Virus record (IMG/VR): IMGVR_UViG_3300021430_000864
Span: 8,776-72,775 of that record
Strand: one strand, 5' to 3'
Source of the DNA: a virus
Taxonomy: Duplodnaviria > Caudoviricetes
Length of the DNA: 64,000 nt
The notes below the pieces were generated by a model. That model did no database searches, was not told the origin of the DNA, and was given only the letters and a program-made list of their open reading frames with translations. Of the stretch, positions 21,501-30,323 are shown one piece after another (the stretch's first letter is position 1; each line of letters opens with the position of its first letter). A program made the translations under genes and the position numbers.

Positions 21501-24500
21501 AGTACTTCAGTTACCCCAACGGTGACTGCAACTATTACTCCCACAATCACACCAACCGTTACCCCGAGTAGTTCGGTAACACCAACTATAACGCCAACAA
21601 TTACACCAACAGTAACCTCAACAGTAACACCGACAGTTACTCCATCGGTATCAGTAACACCAACAATTACTCCTACGGTTAGTGCTACAGTTACACCAAC
21701 GATAACCCCAAGCACAAGTGTGACCCCTTCAACGAGTGTAACACCAACAGTAACCCCTACCATTACACCAACGGTAACCCCTACGGTAACCCCAAGTACA
21801 TCTATAACTCCAACTATAACACCAACTATAACCCCTACTCAAACACCATCAACATCGGTAACTCCAACTATTACCGCAACAATTACACCCACAATTACCC
21901 CAACTATAACACCATCAACATCGGTAACTCCCACTATAACACCAACATTAACAGCAACTGTTACACCTACGGTAACCCCAACAGTAACTCCAAGTACTTC
22001 GGTTACACCATCAACATCAGTAACACCTTCAACAAGTGTTACCCCAACCATAACCCCAACAGTTACACCAACCGTAACTGCAACTGTGACTCCAACAAGA
22101 ACACCAAGTACTACAGTAACCCCAACAGTAACTCCAAGTACGAGTGTTACACCATCTATAACTCCAACAATTACACCAACAATCACCGCAACAGTAACAC
22201 CTACAGTAACACCATCAACTAGTGTAACACCATCAACATCAGTTACACCAACTGTTACTGCAACCATTACTCCAACCATTACTCCAACAGTAACACCATC
22301 AACATCGGTTACTCCGACTGTTACTCCAACTATTACTCCTACGATAACACCTACAGTAACACCATCAACAAGTATTACCCCAACCATTACACCAACAATT
22401 ACTCCTACTGTAACATCAACTGTAACTCCCTCAACTTCTGTTACACCAACTATTACCCCTACAGTAACACCTACGGTTACACCGTCAACATCTATTACAC
22501 CAACCATCACACCGACAAGAACGGCATCAGTAACACCTACTATAACCCCTACGGTCACACCAAGTACATCGGTAACTCCATCAACAAGTGTTACTCCAAG
22601 TACTTCTATTACACCAACAGTTACACCTACAAGAACAGCATCAGTAACTCCAACAATTACACCAACGGTTACACCTTCAACTTCAGTAACTCCAACAATT
22701 ACACCTACAATTACTCCTACGGTAACCCCAAGTACTTCGGTAACACCGACAGTGACACCAACGGTGACTCCGACAGTTACATCTAGTACATCAGTTACTC
22801 CTACAATAACACCTACAAGAACCGCAACAGTTACACCTAGTACATCGGTAACACCTACAATAACACCAACAATTACTTCAACTATAACGCCTACAGTGAC
22901 CCCAACGGTGACTCCATCGACTAGTGTTACACCATCAACAAGTATTACCCCAACTGTAACACCATCAGTTACTCCAACAATAACCCCAACAATAACCCCA
23001 ACAAGAACCCCAAGTACATCGGTAACACCGACAGTAACTCCAAGTACATCGGTAACACCTACAAGAACAGCATCAGTAACACCTACTATAACCCCTACGG
23101 TCACACCAAGTACATCAGTTACACCAACAATTACACCTACCGTTACACCATCAACATCAGTAACTCCTACTATCACTCCAACGGTTACGCCAACCATTAC
23201 CCCTACAAGAACACCAAGTACATCGGTAACTCCTAGTACATCTATAACTCCCACTGTTACGCCAACCATTACCCCTACAAGAACACCAAGTACATCAGTT
23301 ACCCCATCAGTTACCTCATCGGTTACACCTACGGTTACACCATCAACTAGTGTTACACCAACTATTACTCCAACAAGAACACCAAGTGTATCCGTTACAC
23401 CAACCATTACACCTACCATAACACCTACTGTAACCCCAACTATTACACCATCAACAAGTGTTACACCATCAACAAGTATAACACCTACTATTACTCCAAC
23501 AAGAACGGCATCAGTAACTCCGACGGTTACGCCAAGTACGTCAGTAACTCCATCAACTAGTATTACTCCAACCATTACACCAACCATCACACCAACAAGA
23601 ACCGCATCGTTAACACCAACAGTTACTCCAAGTACATCTATTACACCGAGTACATCAGTAACTCCATCAACTAGCGTTACTCCAACTATTACACCAAGTG
23701 TTACACCAACCATTACCCCTACAAGAACACCTAGTACATCGGTTACACCAAGTGTGACCCCAACCATCACACCAACAAGAACACCATCAACAAGTGTTAC
23801 ACCAAGTGTAACTCCAACAAGAACAGCATCAGTTACTCCAAGTACTTCTATTACACCATCAATTACACCAAGTAGAACACCATCTATCACCCCAACAGTT
23901 ACCCCAAGTACTTCTATTACACCATCAATTACACCAAGTAGAACACCATCTATCACCCCAACAATCACTCCAACTATCACACCTTCAACAAGTATAACAC
24001 CTACTATTACTCCAACAAGAACGGCATCAGTAACTCCGACGATTACACCAACGGTTACTCCATCAACTTCAATAACACCGAGTGTTACACCATCTGTCAC
24101 ACCAAGTAGAACACCATCTATCACCCCAACAGTTACACCTTCAACAAGTGTAACACCATCCATCACACCAACAGTAACCCCTAGTACATCAGTAACACCT
24201 TCGATTACACCATCTAGAACGCCAAGTATAACACCTACGGTTACACCATCAACATCAATTACTCCAACAGTAACACCTTCAACAAGTGTAACACCTTCGA
24301 TTACTCCATCGAGAACACCAACCATTACCCCTACAAGAACACCATCAACTTCAATAACACCAAGTGTTACTCCATCGAGAACACCATCAATCACACCAAC
24401 GGTTACACCAAGTACGTCAATAACACCATCTATTACCCCATCTATTACCCCAACCATCACACCTAGCACATCAGTTACACCAAGTGTAACCCCATCAAGA

Positions 24501-26798
24501 ACACCATCTATAACACCAACCATAACACCAACACGTTCAGTAACACCATCAACAAGTATAACACCCACAATCACACCTACACGTTCAGTAACACCAACAT
24601 CATCTATTACCCCAACCATAACACCAACACGTTCAGTAACCCCAACACGTTCAGTAACACCCACACGTTCAGTAACTCCGACACCAACAAGAACACCATC
24701 AATAACACCTACACGTTCAGTAACACCAACGATTACACCATCACCAAGTCCACAGTATATAAACGCAATATTCCAATCATGTTGTCCGGGTGACACCACA
24801 CTTTATTACGGTAGAGTTCCAATTGACGCAATGTCGGGTGACATATTTTATTTACCGGATGCTATGATATGTGGTACATTTATTGTTACGGGAGGTCCCG
24901 GTGGTGTGATTGCTCAACAATATTTTGGTACATGTGAAGATTGTATTGCAGAATCTTTAGTATTTTGTCCTTCACCTACACCAACCCCAACATCAACTGT
25001 TACTCGTACACCAACAAGAACACCATCTATCACCCCAACTATTACACCAACACGTTCCGTAACACCTACACGTTCAGTAACACCAACATCATCTATTACC
25101 CCAACCATAACACCTACACGTTCAGTAACTCCGACACCATCTATCACACCCACAATAACCCCAACACGTTCTGTAACACCAACACCATCGGTAACTGCGA
25201 CTCGTTCAGTAACTCCTACACGTTCAGTAACCCCAACACGTTCAGTAACACCTACACGTTCAGTAACTCCGACACCAACAAGAACACCATCAATAACACC
25301 TTCACCATCAATGGCGATTGGTTATGTTTATTTATTACCATGTTGTGATGGTGGTGGTTTCACGGCAAATTCACAATTTTTAAGTGTTACCACTTCATTG
25401 GTGTGGTTACAAGCAACAAATAGACAAGGATATACAATTGTAATAAATGGGTGTTGTTATGTGATTGAGGGTTATTCACCAACATTTAGTGCACCAAATT
25501 TCACAGGTGTTGATGGGTATTTTGATTCTTCATCATTTGTTGCAGAATCATGTCAACAATGTATTGCGGTTAACCCATGTCAATCACATCAATACCAATT
25601 GGAACCATGTGCCGCTTGTTGTGGAATATCTGGACCCCAAACAATTCAGTTTGGTTGTGAAATCGATGACCCAAATACTTTAGTGGGTAGTATAATTTCA
25701 ATAAATGGTTGTTGTTATGTTGTACAAACATATCTTGGACCGGGAGCACCGAATGCGGGTACTATTGCATATGGACCGTTTGACTTATGTAACGATTGTC
25801 AGGTATATTACCCATGTCCGACACCAACACCAACCCCAACACGTTCAGTAACACCAACACCATCAAGAACACCGTCAGTTACACCATCAAGAACACCATC
25901 TATCACCCCAACTAGGACAATAACACCAACTAGGACAATAACACCAACTCGTTCTATAACACCTACATCATCTATTACCCCAACAAGAACTCCTTCACCA
26001 ACTCCTTCACCACTCCCTTGTTATTGTCACACAATTATAATTGACCAAGATGACATTGACCCAGTTTTTGGGGGACCGATTATTGAAGTAATTGAATGTG
26101 ATGGTCAACCAAATAATGAACAATTTAACACTGCAGGAACATATGCTCGTTGTTACATAGAAGTTCAAAATTTCTACGCATTTGATTCATTAGGTCTTAC
26201 TTATGAACCTACATTATCATCATGGACAAACACATTTACACCATGTACAGGTCACGGAGATTGTGTTGTACCTACACCTACTCCAACACCTACTCCAACA
26301 CCAACACCGTCAGTTACACCGGCTTGTAATTGTATAGATTATTCACTTAGTGGATTAGAGGAAGCGACATATATAGAGTACATTGATTGTAACGGAAACT
26401 CTCAAGTTATAAACGACCCAAGTTTTTGGACACTTAGTAGCTCTTCAATCAACTTATGTGCGTGTGAGGATTCAATACAAACAGATACACGTGATATTAG
26501 AATAGGTTCTAATGGTTCGTGTCCTGAATGTACATGTTATGAAATATTTATTGACCCACAAGACATAGCAATTGCGGATGATAATACGGTTTACTTCTAC
26601 TACCAATGTTGTGATGGTTCATGGTACATACAACCATACTATTCACCGGGAATGCAACCAAGTCTTTGTATTACTCGACCAATACATTTCGGTATAGTTT
26701 TACAAGGAACTTTAGTGACAGCATTTAACTCATATTCCGGAGCGGGTTCACCATGTTGTGGAGGACTTAGAAACTGTAACTGTTTTGAAACATGCTAA
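18585..26798 (+). CDS. Giant mucin-like Thr/Pro/Ser-rich protein (2737 aa) with C-terminal Cys-rich modules; putative virion fibre
   Basis: Intact 8.2 kb ORF. Short N-terminal beta domain, ~1990 aa of TPTV/TPTI/TPSTSV repeats, then Cys-rich modules separated by PT linkers. Located in the virion gene block. Confidence 0.8.
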   Translation: MALIKINTGNFDGETGIITFYPCTGGTISLGTVVMPYYYETNYYLGTYSVFFPALDKTCVAEIPCPTPSSTPTPTTTPTATPTPSITPTLTPTPTRTPTRTPSPTRTPSVTTTPSPSVTPSITPSASPEVTPTITPTVTPSTSVTPTETPTVTPTVTPSTSVTPTVTPSETPSLTPTVTPSTSVTPTVTPSETPTVTPTVTSTVTPTITPSESVTPTVTPSETPTVTPTITPSVSVTPTLTPTETPTNTPTVTPSTSVTPTVTPSETPTITPTITPSTSITPTVTPTETPTITPTVTPSTSVTPTVTATVTPTITPTITPSTSITPTVTPSETPAITPSLTPTTSVTPTITPTVTETVTPTVTPSTSVTPTVTATVTPTVTPSTSVTPTVTSTVTPTITPTITPSTSVTPTVTATVSATVTPTITPTTSITPTVTPTETPTITPTITPSTSITPTVTPTETPTITPTITPSTSVTPTVTPTVTSTVTPTVTPSTSVTPTVTPTETPTITPTVTPSSSVTPTITPTVTSTVTPTITPSTSVTPTTSVTPTVTSTITPTVTPSVSVTPTITPTITPTVTPSTSVTPSTSVTPSFTPTVTATVTPTVTPTPAPSCDIDYTRLPSPTPTTTPTPSLTPTVTPTITATITPTITPSTSITPTVTSTITPTVTPSTSVTPTITTTVTPTVTPSVSVTPTITPTVTATVTPTVTPSTSITPTLTSTVTPTVTPTITPSTSVTPSVTPTISATVTPTITPTTSITPTVTPTISATVTPTVTPSTSITPTVTPTLTATVTPTVTPSVSVTPTVTPSTSVTPTITSTVTATITPTVTPSVSVTPTITPTRTASVTPTITPTITPSTSVTPTITPTVTPTITPTITPSTSVTPTVTPTVTPSSSVTPTITPTISATITPTVTPSTSVTPSTSVTATVTPTITPTVTPSVSVTPTITTTQTPTVTPSTSVTPTITPTITPTITPSTSVTPTVTATITPTITPTVTPSSSVTPTITPTITPTVTSTVTPTVTPSVSVTPTITPTVSATVTPTITPSTSVTPSTSVTPTVTPTITPTVTPTVTPSTSITPTITPTITPTQTPSTSVTPTITATITPTITPTITPSTSVTPTITPTLTATVTPTVTPTVTPSTSVTPSTSVTPSTSVTPTITPTVTPTVTATVTPTRTPSTTVTPTVTPSTSVTPSITPTITPTITATVTPTVTPSTSVTPSTSVTPTVTATITPTITPTVTPSTSVTPTVTPTITPTITPTVTPSTSITPTITPTITPTVTSTVTPSTSVTPTITPTVTPTVTPSTSITPTITPTRTASVTPTITPTVTPSTSVTPSTSVTPSTSITPTVTPTRTASVTPTITPTVTPSTSVTPTITPTITPTVTPSTSVTPTVTPTVTPTVTSSTSVTPTITPTRTATVTPSTSVTPTITPTITSTITPTVTPTVTPSTSVTPSTSITPTVTPSVTPTITPTITPTRTPSTSVTPTVTPSTSVTPTRTASVTPTITPTVTPSTSVTPTITPTVTPSTSVTPTITPTVTPTITPTRTPSTSVTPSTSITPTVTPTITPTRTPSTSVTPSVTSSVTPTVTPSTSVTPTITPTRTPSVSVTPTITPTITPTVTPTITPSTSVTPSTSITPTITPTRTASVTPTVTPSTSVTPSTSITPTITPTITPTRTASLTPTVTPSTSITPSTSVTPSTSVTPTITPSVTPTITPTRTPSTSVTPSVTPTITPTRTPSTSVTPSVTPTRTASVTPSTSITPSITPSRTPSITPTVTPSTSITPSITPSRTPSITPTITPTITPSTSITPTITPTRTASVTPTITPTVTPSTSITPSVTPSVTPSRTPSITPTVTPSTSVTPSITPTVTPSTSVTPSITPSRTPSITPTVTPSTSITPTVTPSTSVTPSITPSRTPTITPTRTPSTSITPSVTPSRTPSITPTVTPSTSITPSITPSITPTITPSTSVTPSVTPSRTPSITPTITPTRSVTPSTSITPTITPTRSVTPTSSITPTITPTRSVTPTRSVTPTRSVTPTPTRTPSITPTRSVTPTITPSPSPQYINAIFQSCCPGDTTLYYGRVPIDAMSGDIFYLPDAMICGTFIVTGGPGGVIAQQYFGTCEDCIAESLVFCPSPTPTPTSTVTRTPTRTPSITPTITPTRSVTPTRSVTPTSSITPTITPTRSVTPTPSITPTITPTRSVTPTPSVTATRSVTPTRSVTPTRSVTPTRSVTPTPTRTPSITPSPSMAIGYVYLLPCCDGGGFTANSQFLSVTTSLVWLQATNRQGYTIVINGCCYVIEGYSPTFSAPNFTGVDGYFDSSSFVAESCQQCIAVNPCQSHQYQLEPCAACCGISGPQTIQFGCEIDDPNTLVGSIISINGCCYVVQTYLGPGAPNAGTIAYGPFDLCNDCQVYYPCPTPTPTPTRSVTPTPSRTPSVTPSRTPSITPTRTITPTRTITPTRSITPTSSITPTRTPSPTPSPLPCYCHTIIIDQDDIDPVFGGPIIEVIECDGQPNNEQFNTAGTYARCYIEVQNFYAFDSLGLTYEPTLSSWTNTFTPCTGHGDCVVPTPTPTPTPTPTPSVTPACNCIDYSLSGLEEATYIEYIDCNGNSQVINDPSFWTLSSSSINLCACEDSIQTDTRDIRIGSNGSCPECTCYEIFIDPQDIAIADDNTVYFYYQCCDGSWYIQPYYSPGMQPSLCITRPIHFGIVLQGTLVTAFNSYSGAGSPCCGGLRNCNCFETC
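18780..24752 (+). repeat. ~6 kb coding low-complexity repeat tract (TP[TS][VI], TPSTSV, TPTRSV units)
   Basis: Continuous ACN/CCN/GTN/TCN codon array with mostly synonymous variation between units. One short break (APSCDIDYTRL) near 20405-20445. Confidence 0.95.
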
Positions 26799-26815
26799 TA
26801 AAATGATGATTTAAC

Positions 26816-26823
26816 TATTTATA
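26816..26823 (+). promoter_or_regulatory. TATTTATA motif (putative late promoter element)
   Basis: Exact motif 13 nt before the ATG at 26837. Confidence 0.6.
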
Positions 26824-26836
26824 AAGAGATAATAAA

Positions 26837-28246
26837 ATGCCAACACCAACTCCAACACCTTCAGTTAGTCCGGGATGTAGTAATTACTTATTCAAACTAC
26901 AAGACGTGTATTATGCAACACAAGCTGGTCCCTTTAATTTATCAGGAACAACCGATTTAGGTTCAACTATATTAATAGAATCTGGTGTTACATTAAGTCA
27001 ACTACAATCAGGATTTACCGCGACGATATGTACAACAATAACCGGAGGTACAATACAAAGTATTGGGAGTTGTGACACATTATTCAATTACGTAATATTC
27101 ATACCATCACCAACACCTACCCCATCTATTACGCCAACCCCAACACCATCAGTTTCAATAACACCTACAATCACCCCAACTATAACACCATCAAGCTCAA
27201 GTGTTCAACAAGTTTCAGTAACACCAACACCAACACGAACTGTTACACCAACCCCAACGCGCTCAGTGACCCCAACACCATCTAGTAGTTTACCACCTGT
27301 AGGTGAATATTATTACCGACCAAACAGTTGGGCCCCACCATATATTAATCAAGGTAGTGGGGATAATTACTTAGTAACATCGAATAGTTTATCGACAGAG
27401 ATTAGTACGTCTGTTATTGATTACACAACAACCGATTGGTCATTTTCATTATGGGGTTACCCTCAATTTGATACCACCGTACCACCTTTTGACAATTATG
27501 GTAAAACCTATGTTTCAACCTTAGTTTCAATTTGTGTACCGGGAGCAACACCTCCTTTCCCTGACACAACATTAACCAATCTTACAATTGCAGTTGAATA
27601 TACTTCAGGGGCAACGTTGGTTAACGATTTAGTTGTTTATATGTTGGATGATTTGAATAGAAGTGCGAAATGGACATGGGCGATTAATTCTGACCCAAAT
27701 GCAACCATAACGGGTGTTAGTCCTTTAGAAATGTGGGATAATATTAATTTCGGTAGTACTTTAAATTCGGATAGATTCTCAAATATTGTGATTACACATG
27801 ATAATTCTTTAGTTATTAGTTCACCATCAGGTAGTACAATGGCATATTGGAATGGAGAATTACTTGAATTAAAATCGTACACCGAAAGTGGTCCTGTATA
27901 TCCTCATATTAGTAATTACAATTCATTAAATGATTCTAAATTCTATATAGCACAAGGTAGTTTAATGGGTAATAATGGTGCTTTTCATCCATTGAGCACA
28001 AATATTGATAACCCAATATATTTCCCATCAATAATTTTATCTCCATCCGAATCACTTACAATTTATAATGGTGGTGTTGTACAAACATCAATAACCACAG
28101 GTTTGGGTCAAGCATATATTTGGAATTTTGATAACTTATCGGCATCTCATTTGGAGTGTTTAGACCAAACAAATGTAACAGTTCCACAATTTCTGTTAGA
28201 ACAAAAAAGTGGTGGTGGGGGAATACAAACCTATATTCTTGTATAA
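26837..28246 (+). CDS. PT-linker protein with a C-terminal LamG/concanavalin-A-like domain
   Basis: PT tract, then WSFSLW...NIVITHD...AYWNGEL...IDNPIYF...LSPSESLTIYNGG, which follows the LamG-like pattern. Confidence 0.55.
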   Translation: MPTPTPTPSVSPGCSNYLFKLQDVYYATQAGPFNLSGTTDLGSTILIESGVTLSQLQSGFTATICTTITGGTIQSIGSCDTLFNYVIFIPSPTPTPSITPTPTPSVSITPTITPTITPSSSSVQQVSVTPTPTRTVTPTPTRSVTPTPSSSLPPVGEYYYRPNSWAPPYINQGSGDNYLVTSNSLSTEISTSVIDYTTTDWSFSLWGYPQFDTTVPPFDNYGKTYVSTLVSICVPGATPPFPDTTLTNLTIAVEYTSGATLVNDLVVYMLDDLNRSAKWTWAINSDPNATITGVSPLEMWDNINFGSTLNSDRFSNIVITHDNSLVISSPSGSTMAYWNGELLELKSYTESGPVYPHISNYNSLNDSKFYIAQGSLMGNNGAFHPLSTNIDNPIYFPSIILSPSESLTIYNGGVVQTSITTGLGQAYIWNFDNLSASHLECLDQTNVTVPQFLLEQKSGGGGIQTYILV

Positions 28247-28257
28247 CAATTGAATAG

Positions 28258-28265
28258 TATTTATA
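28258..28265 (+). promoter_or_regulatory. TATTTATA motif (putative late promoter element)
   Basis: Exact motif 11 nt before the ATG at 28277. Confidence 0.6.
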
Positions 28266-28276
28266 AGTAAAAAACA

Positions 28277-29914
28277 ATGGGATTAAACATAAAATTATAT
28301 AATATTATTACCGATGGTAGTTATAGTTTAAGATATAAAACCGGTGATTATCCGTATCCTGAAACTGTGGATTCAACATTTACATTTTATGGTAGTGGGC
28401 TAACCGATTCAAGCATTGTGATTACAGGTTTGACATTTGATACTCAATATTGGGTAAAAATGACCGACGAGACTACCGGAAGATATATAATTAAAAATAT
28501 ATATACAAACGACAGCAAGGCGTTTCCATGTTATGATACAATATGTTTTGATGTTGAGGTTTTATGTTTATCTCAAACCCCAACTCCAACACCATCATCA
28601 ATTCCCGTACAAACTCAAACTCCAACCCCAACACCTACTCTAACTCCAACACCATCATATATTTGTAGTGATAGTGTTAGAAATACTTTAAGTGCAACAA
28701 ATGGATATAGTGCGGTGGGTAGACAAGGTATGGTTTACTCTTCAGTAACCAATAAAGCATATGTTTTAGATTCAGATAGTGTTACCGTAAAATCTTTTGT
28801 TCCAAATTCAACAACATTAACTACTGAATTCACATGGTCAGGAACTTCATTATTATTGGGTTATAACCCAACTGAAAATAAATTATACAGTTGGCGTTCA
28901 ACAATTAGTCCAATTAACATTTTAATCAGAGATTTAGACACTAACACATCAACTTCAGTTTCAATTAGTGGAATAACAGGACAGGGGTTAGGTAAAATTT
29001 TATTCAATTCAACATTAAATAAGATTTATGCATTCTCACAAAGTGTAAATTTCACAACCGCACAGATTAGTGTTATTGATGGTACAACTAATACATTTAC
29101 AAACCAATACACGGGTATAACGTTAACAAATCCAAATGCTGTTGTACATAACCCAAACAATAATAAGTTATACATAGCACAAGGTGGTAGAATCTATTCT
29201 TGTTCAGGTAATGACCTTACTTTAGATGTTGCAACATTACCGGTAACATCGGGTTTAATTGCATTAGATGAGATAAATAATATAATTTATATGGTTGATT
29301 CAACAACTGTTTATAAAATAGATGCGTCAACTAATACCACAATTTCAAACACATCTATAACAGGTAGTTGGGATTCCTCATCTTTAAGGTCAATGACTTA
29401 TAACCCTGACAATGGAAAACTTTACATTAGTAGATATGTAACAGGTTCAGACGGATTTTTAGGTTCTTTAAACCCAACATCCGGTGCGTTTACAGAAATT
29501 ATTGGTGATGGTATATCAGAACCACTTTACGCACCAACAAATACAATTTATGGTATTAACGGCGATGCACTGTACGAAATATGTGGTTCAGAATCAATAC
29601 TACCTCAAACAACTCCTACCCCAACACCAACAAAAACCCCCACCCCAACACCATCAATTTCATATAAAACATGGATAATACAAGAATGTACATCACCATG
29701 TGTTGGGGGACAATGTGGATGTGGTGAACAAATATCAACAACAGTTTATACGGCACCAAATGTTACTGATTTAACAGACCCATCTACCGTTATTTGTATC
29801 AATACAACATTAACATTGGCATTTACAGGATTTTTCGCACAAAGTGGTGAGATATATGATGTGAACTCAGGTACACCAACACAATATTGTACGATTGGTC
29901 TTGACCCATGTTAA
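28277..29914 (+). CDS. PT-linker protein with a YncE/YVTN-like beta-propeller
   Basis: Seven ~40-aa blade repeats (NKAYV, NKLYS, NKIYA, NKLYI, NIIYM, GKLYI, NTIYG) flanked by PT linkers. FN3-like N-terminus (ITGLTFDTQYWVKM) and a Cys-rich C-terminal module. Confidence 0.65.
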   Translation: MGLNIKLYNIITDGSYSLRYKTGDYPYPETVDSTFTFYGSGLTDSSIVITGLTFDTQYWVKMTDETTGRYIIKNIYTNDSKAFPCYDTICFDVEVLCLSQTPTPTPSSIPVQTQTPTPTPTLTPTPSYICSDSVRNTLSATNGYSAVGRQGMVYSSVTNKAYVLDSDSVTVKSFVPNSTTLTTEFTWSGTSLLLGYNPTENKLYSWRSTISPINILIRDLDTNTSTSVSISGITGQGLGKILFNSTLNKIYAFSQSVNFTTAQISVIDGTTNTFTNQYTGITLTNPNAVVHNPNNNKLYIAQGGRIYSCSGNDLTLDVATLPVTSGLIALDEINNIIYMVDSTTVYKIDASTNTTISNTSITGSWDSSSLRSMTYNPDNGKLYISRYVTGSDGFLGSLNPTSGAFTEIIGDGISEPLYAPTNTIYGINGDALYEICGSESILPQTTPTPTPTKTPTPTPSISYKTWIIQECTSPCVGGQCGCGEQISTTVYTAPNVTDLTDPSTVICINTTLTLAFTGFFAQSGEIYDVNSGTPTQYCTIGLDPC

Positions 29915-29943
29915 AAACGGTTTACAATAAACAACATTTTCCA

Positions 29944-29951
29944 TATTTATG
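29944..29951 (+). promoter_or_regulatory. TATTTATG variant of the putative late motif
   Basis: 4 nt before the ATG at 29956. Confidence 0.45.
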
Positions 29952-29955
29952 ATAT

Positions 29956-30306
29956 ATGCCATCAATAAATCAGTATCAAATAACAATATCAAACTTTTCA
30001 GGTAACACACCGTGTGAAGGTTATTATATCTACACAGGTCTTACCCATAATATTGATGATGCGGATTATATAAATGGTTCAGCCACATTAATACCAATAT
30101 CCACAGGATATACATTTAATGTGAATGTATTAGACACATATCCACAAATATTTTTATTTGTTGAACATTGTGATGGACACATAAACCCCATACCGGGTTC
30201 AACACCGAAATTACAAGGTGGATATCAAATGGCGTTACTCGATTTAAGATGTGACGATTGTTTTGTTCCTTGTACGTTTGGTGTGAATGTTATAAAATTA
30301 ATTTAA
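29956..30306 (+). CDS. Small putative virion protein (116 aa)
   Basis: Sits between fibre-like genes. Its sequence style (YTGLT, VEHCDG) is shared with a module of the 1303-aa protein. Confidence 0.5.
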   Translation: MPSINQYQITISNFSGNTPCEGYYIYTGLTHNIDDADYINGSATLIPISTGYTFNVNVLDTYPQIFLFVEHCDGHINPIPGSTPKLQGGYQMALLDLRCDDCFVPCTFGVNVIKLI

Positions 30307-30323
30307 GTAATAGATAATAGTAA

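Noticed and set aside
18780-24752. Possible CRISPR array or non-coding satellite
   Set aside because: No fixed-length identical repeats with unique spacers. Variation is mostly synonymous and the frame is preserved, so the tract is protein-coding.
18713-24799. Long minus-strand ORFs (549, 301, 112 and 986 aa) of VTVGV repeats
   Set aside because: They mirror the Thr/Pro codon array. ACN/CCN codons rarely give antisense stops. There is no start context, and they fully overlap a coherent plus-strand gene.
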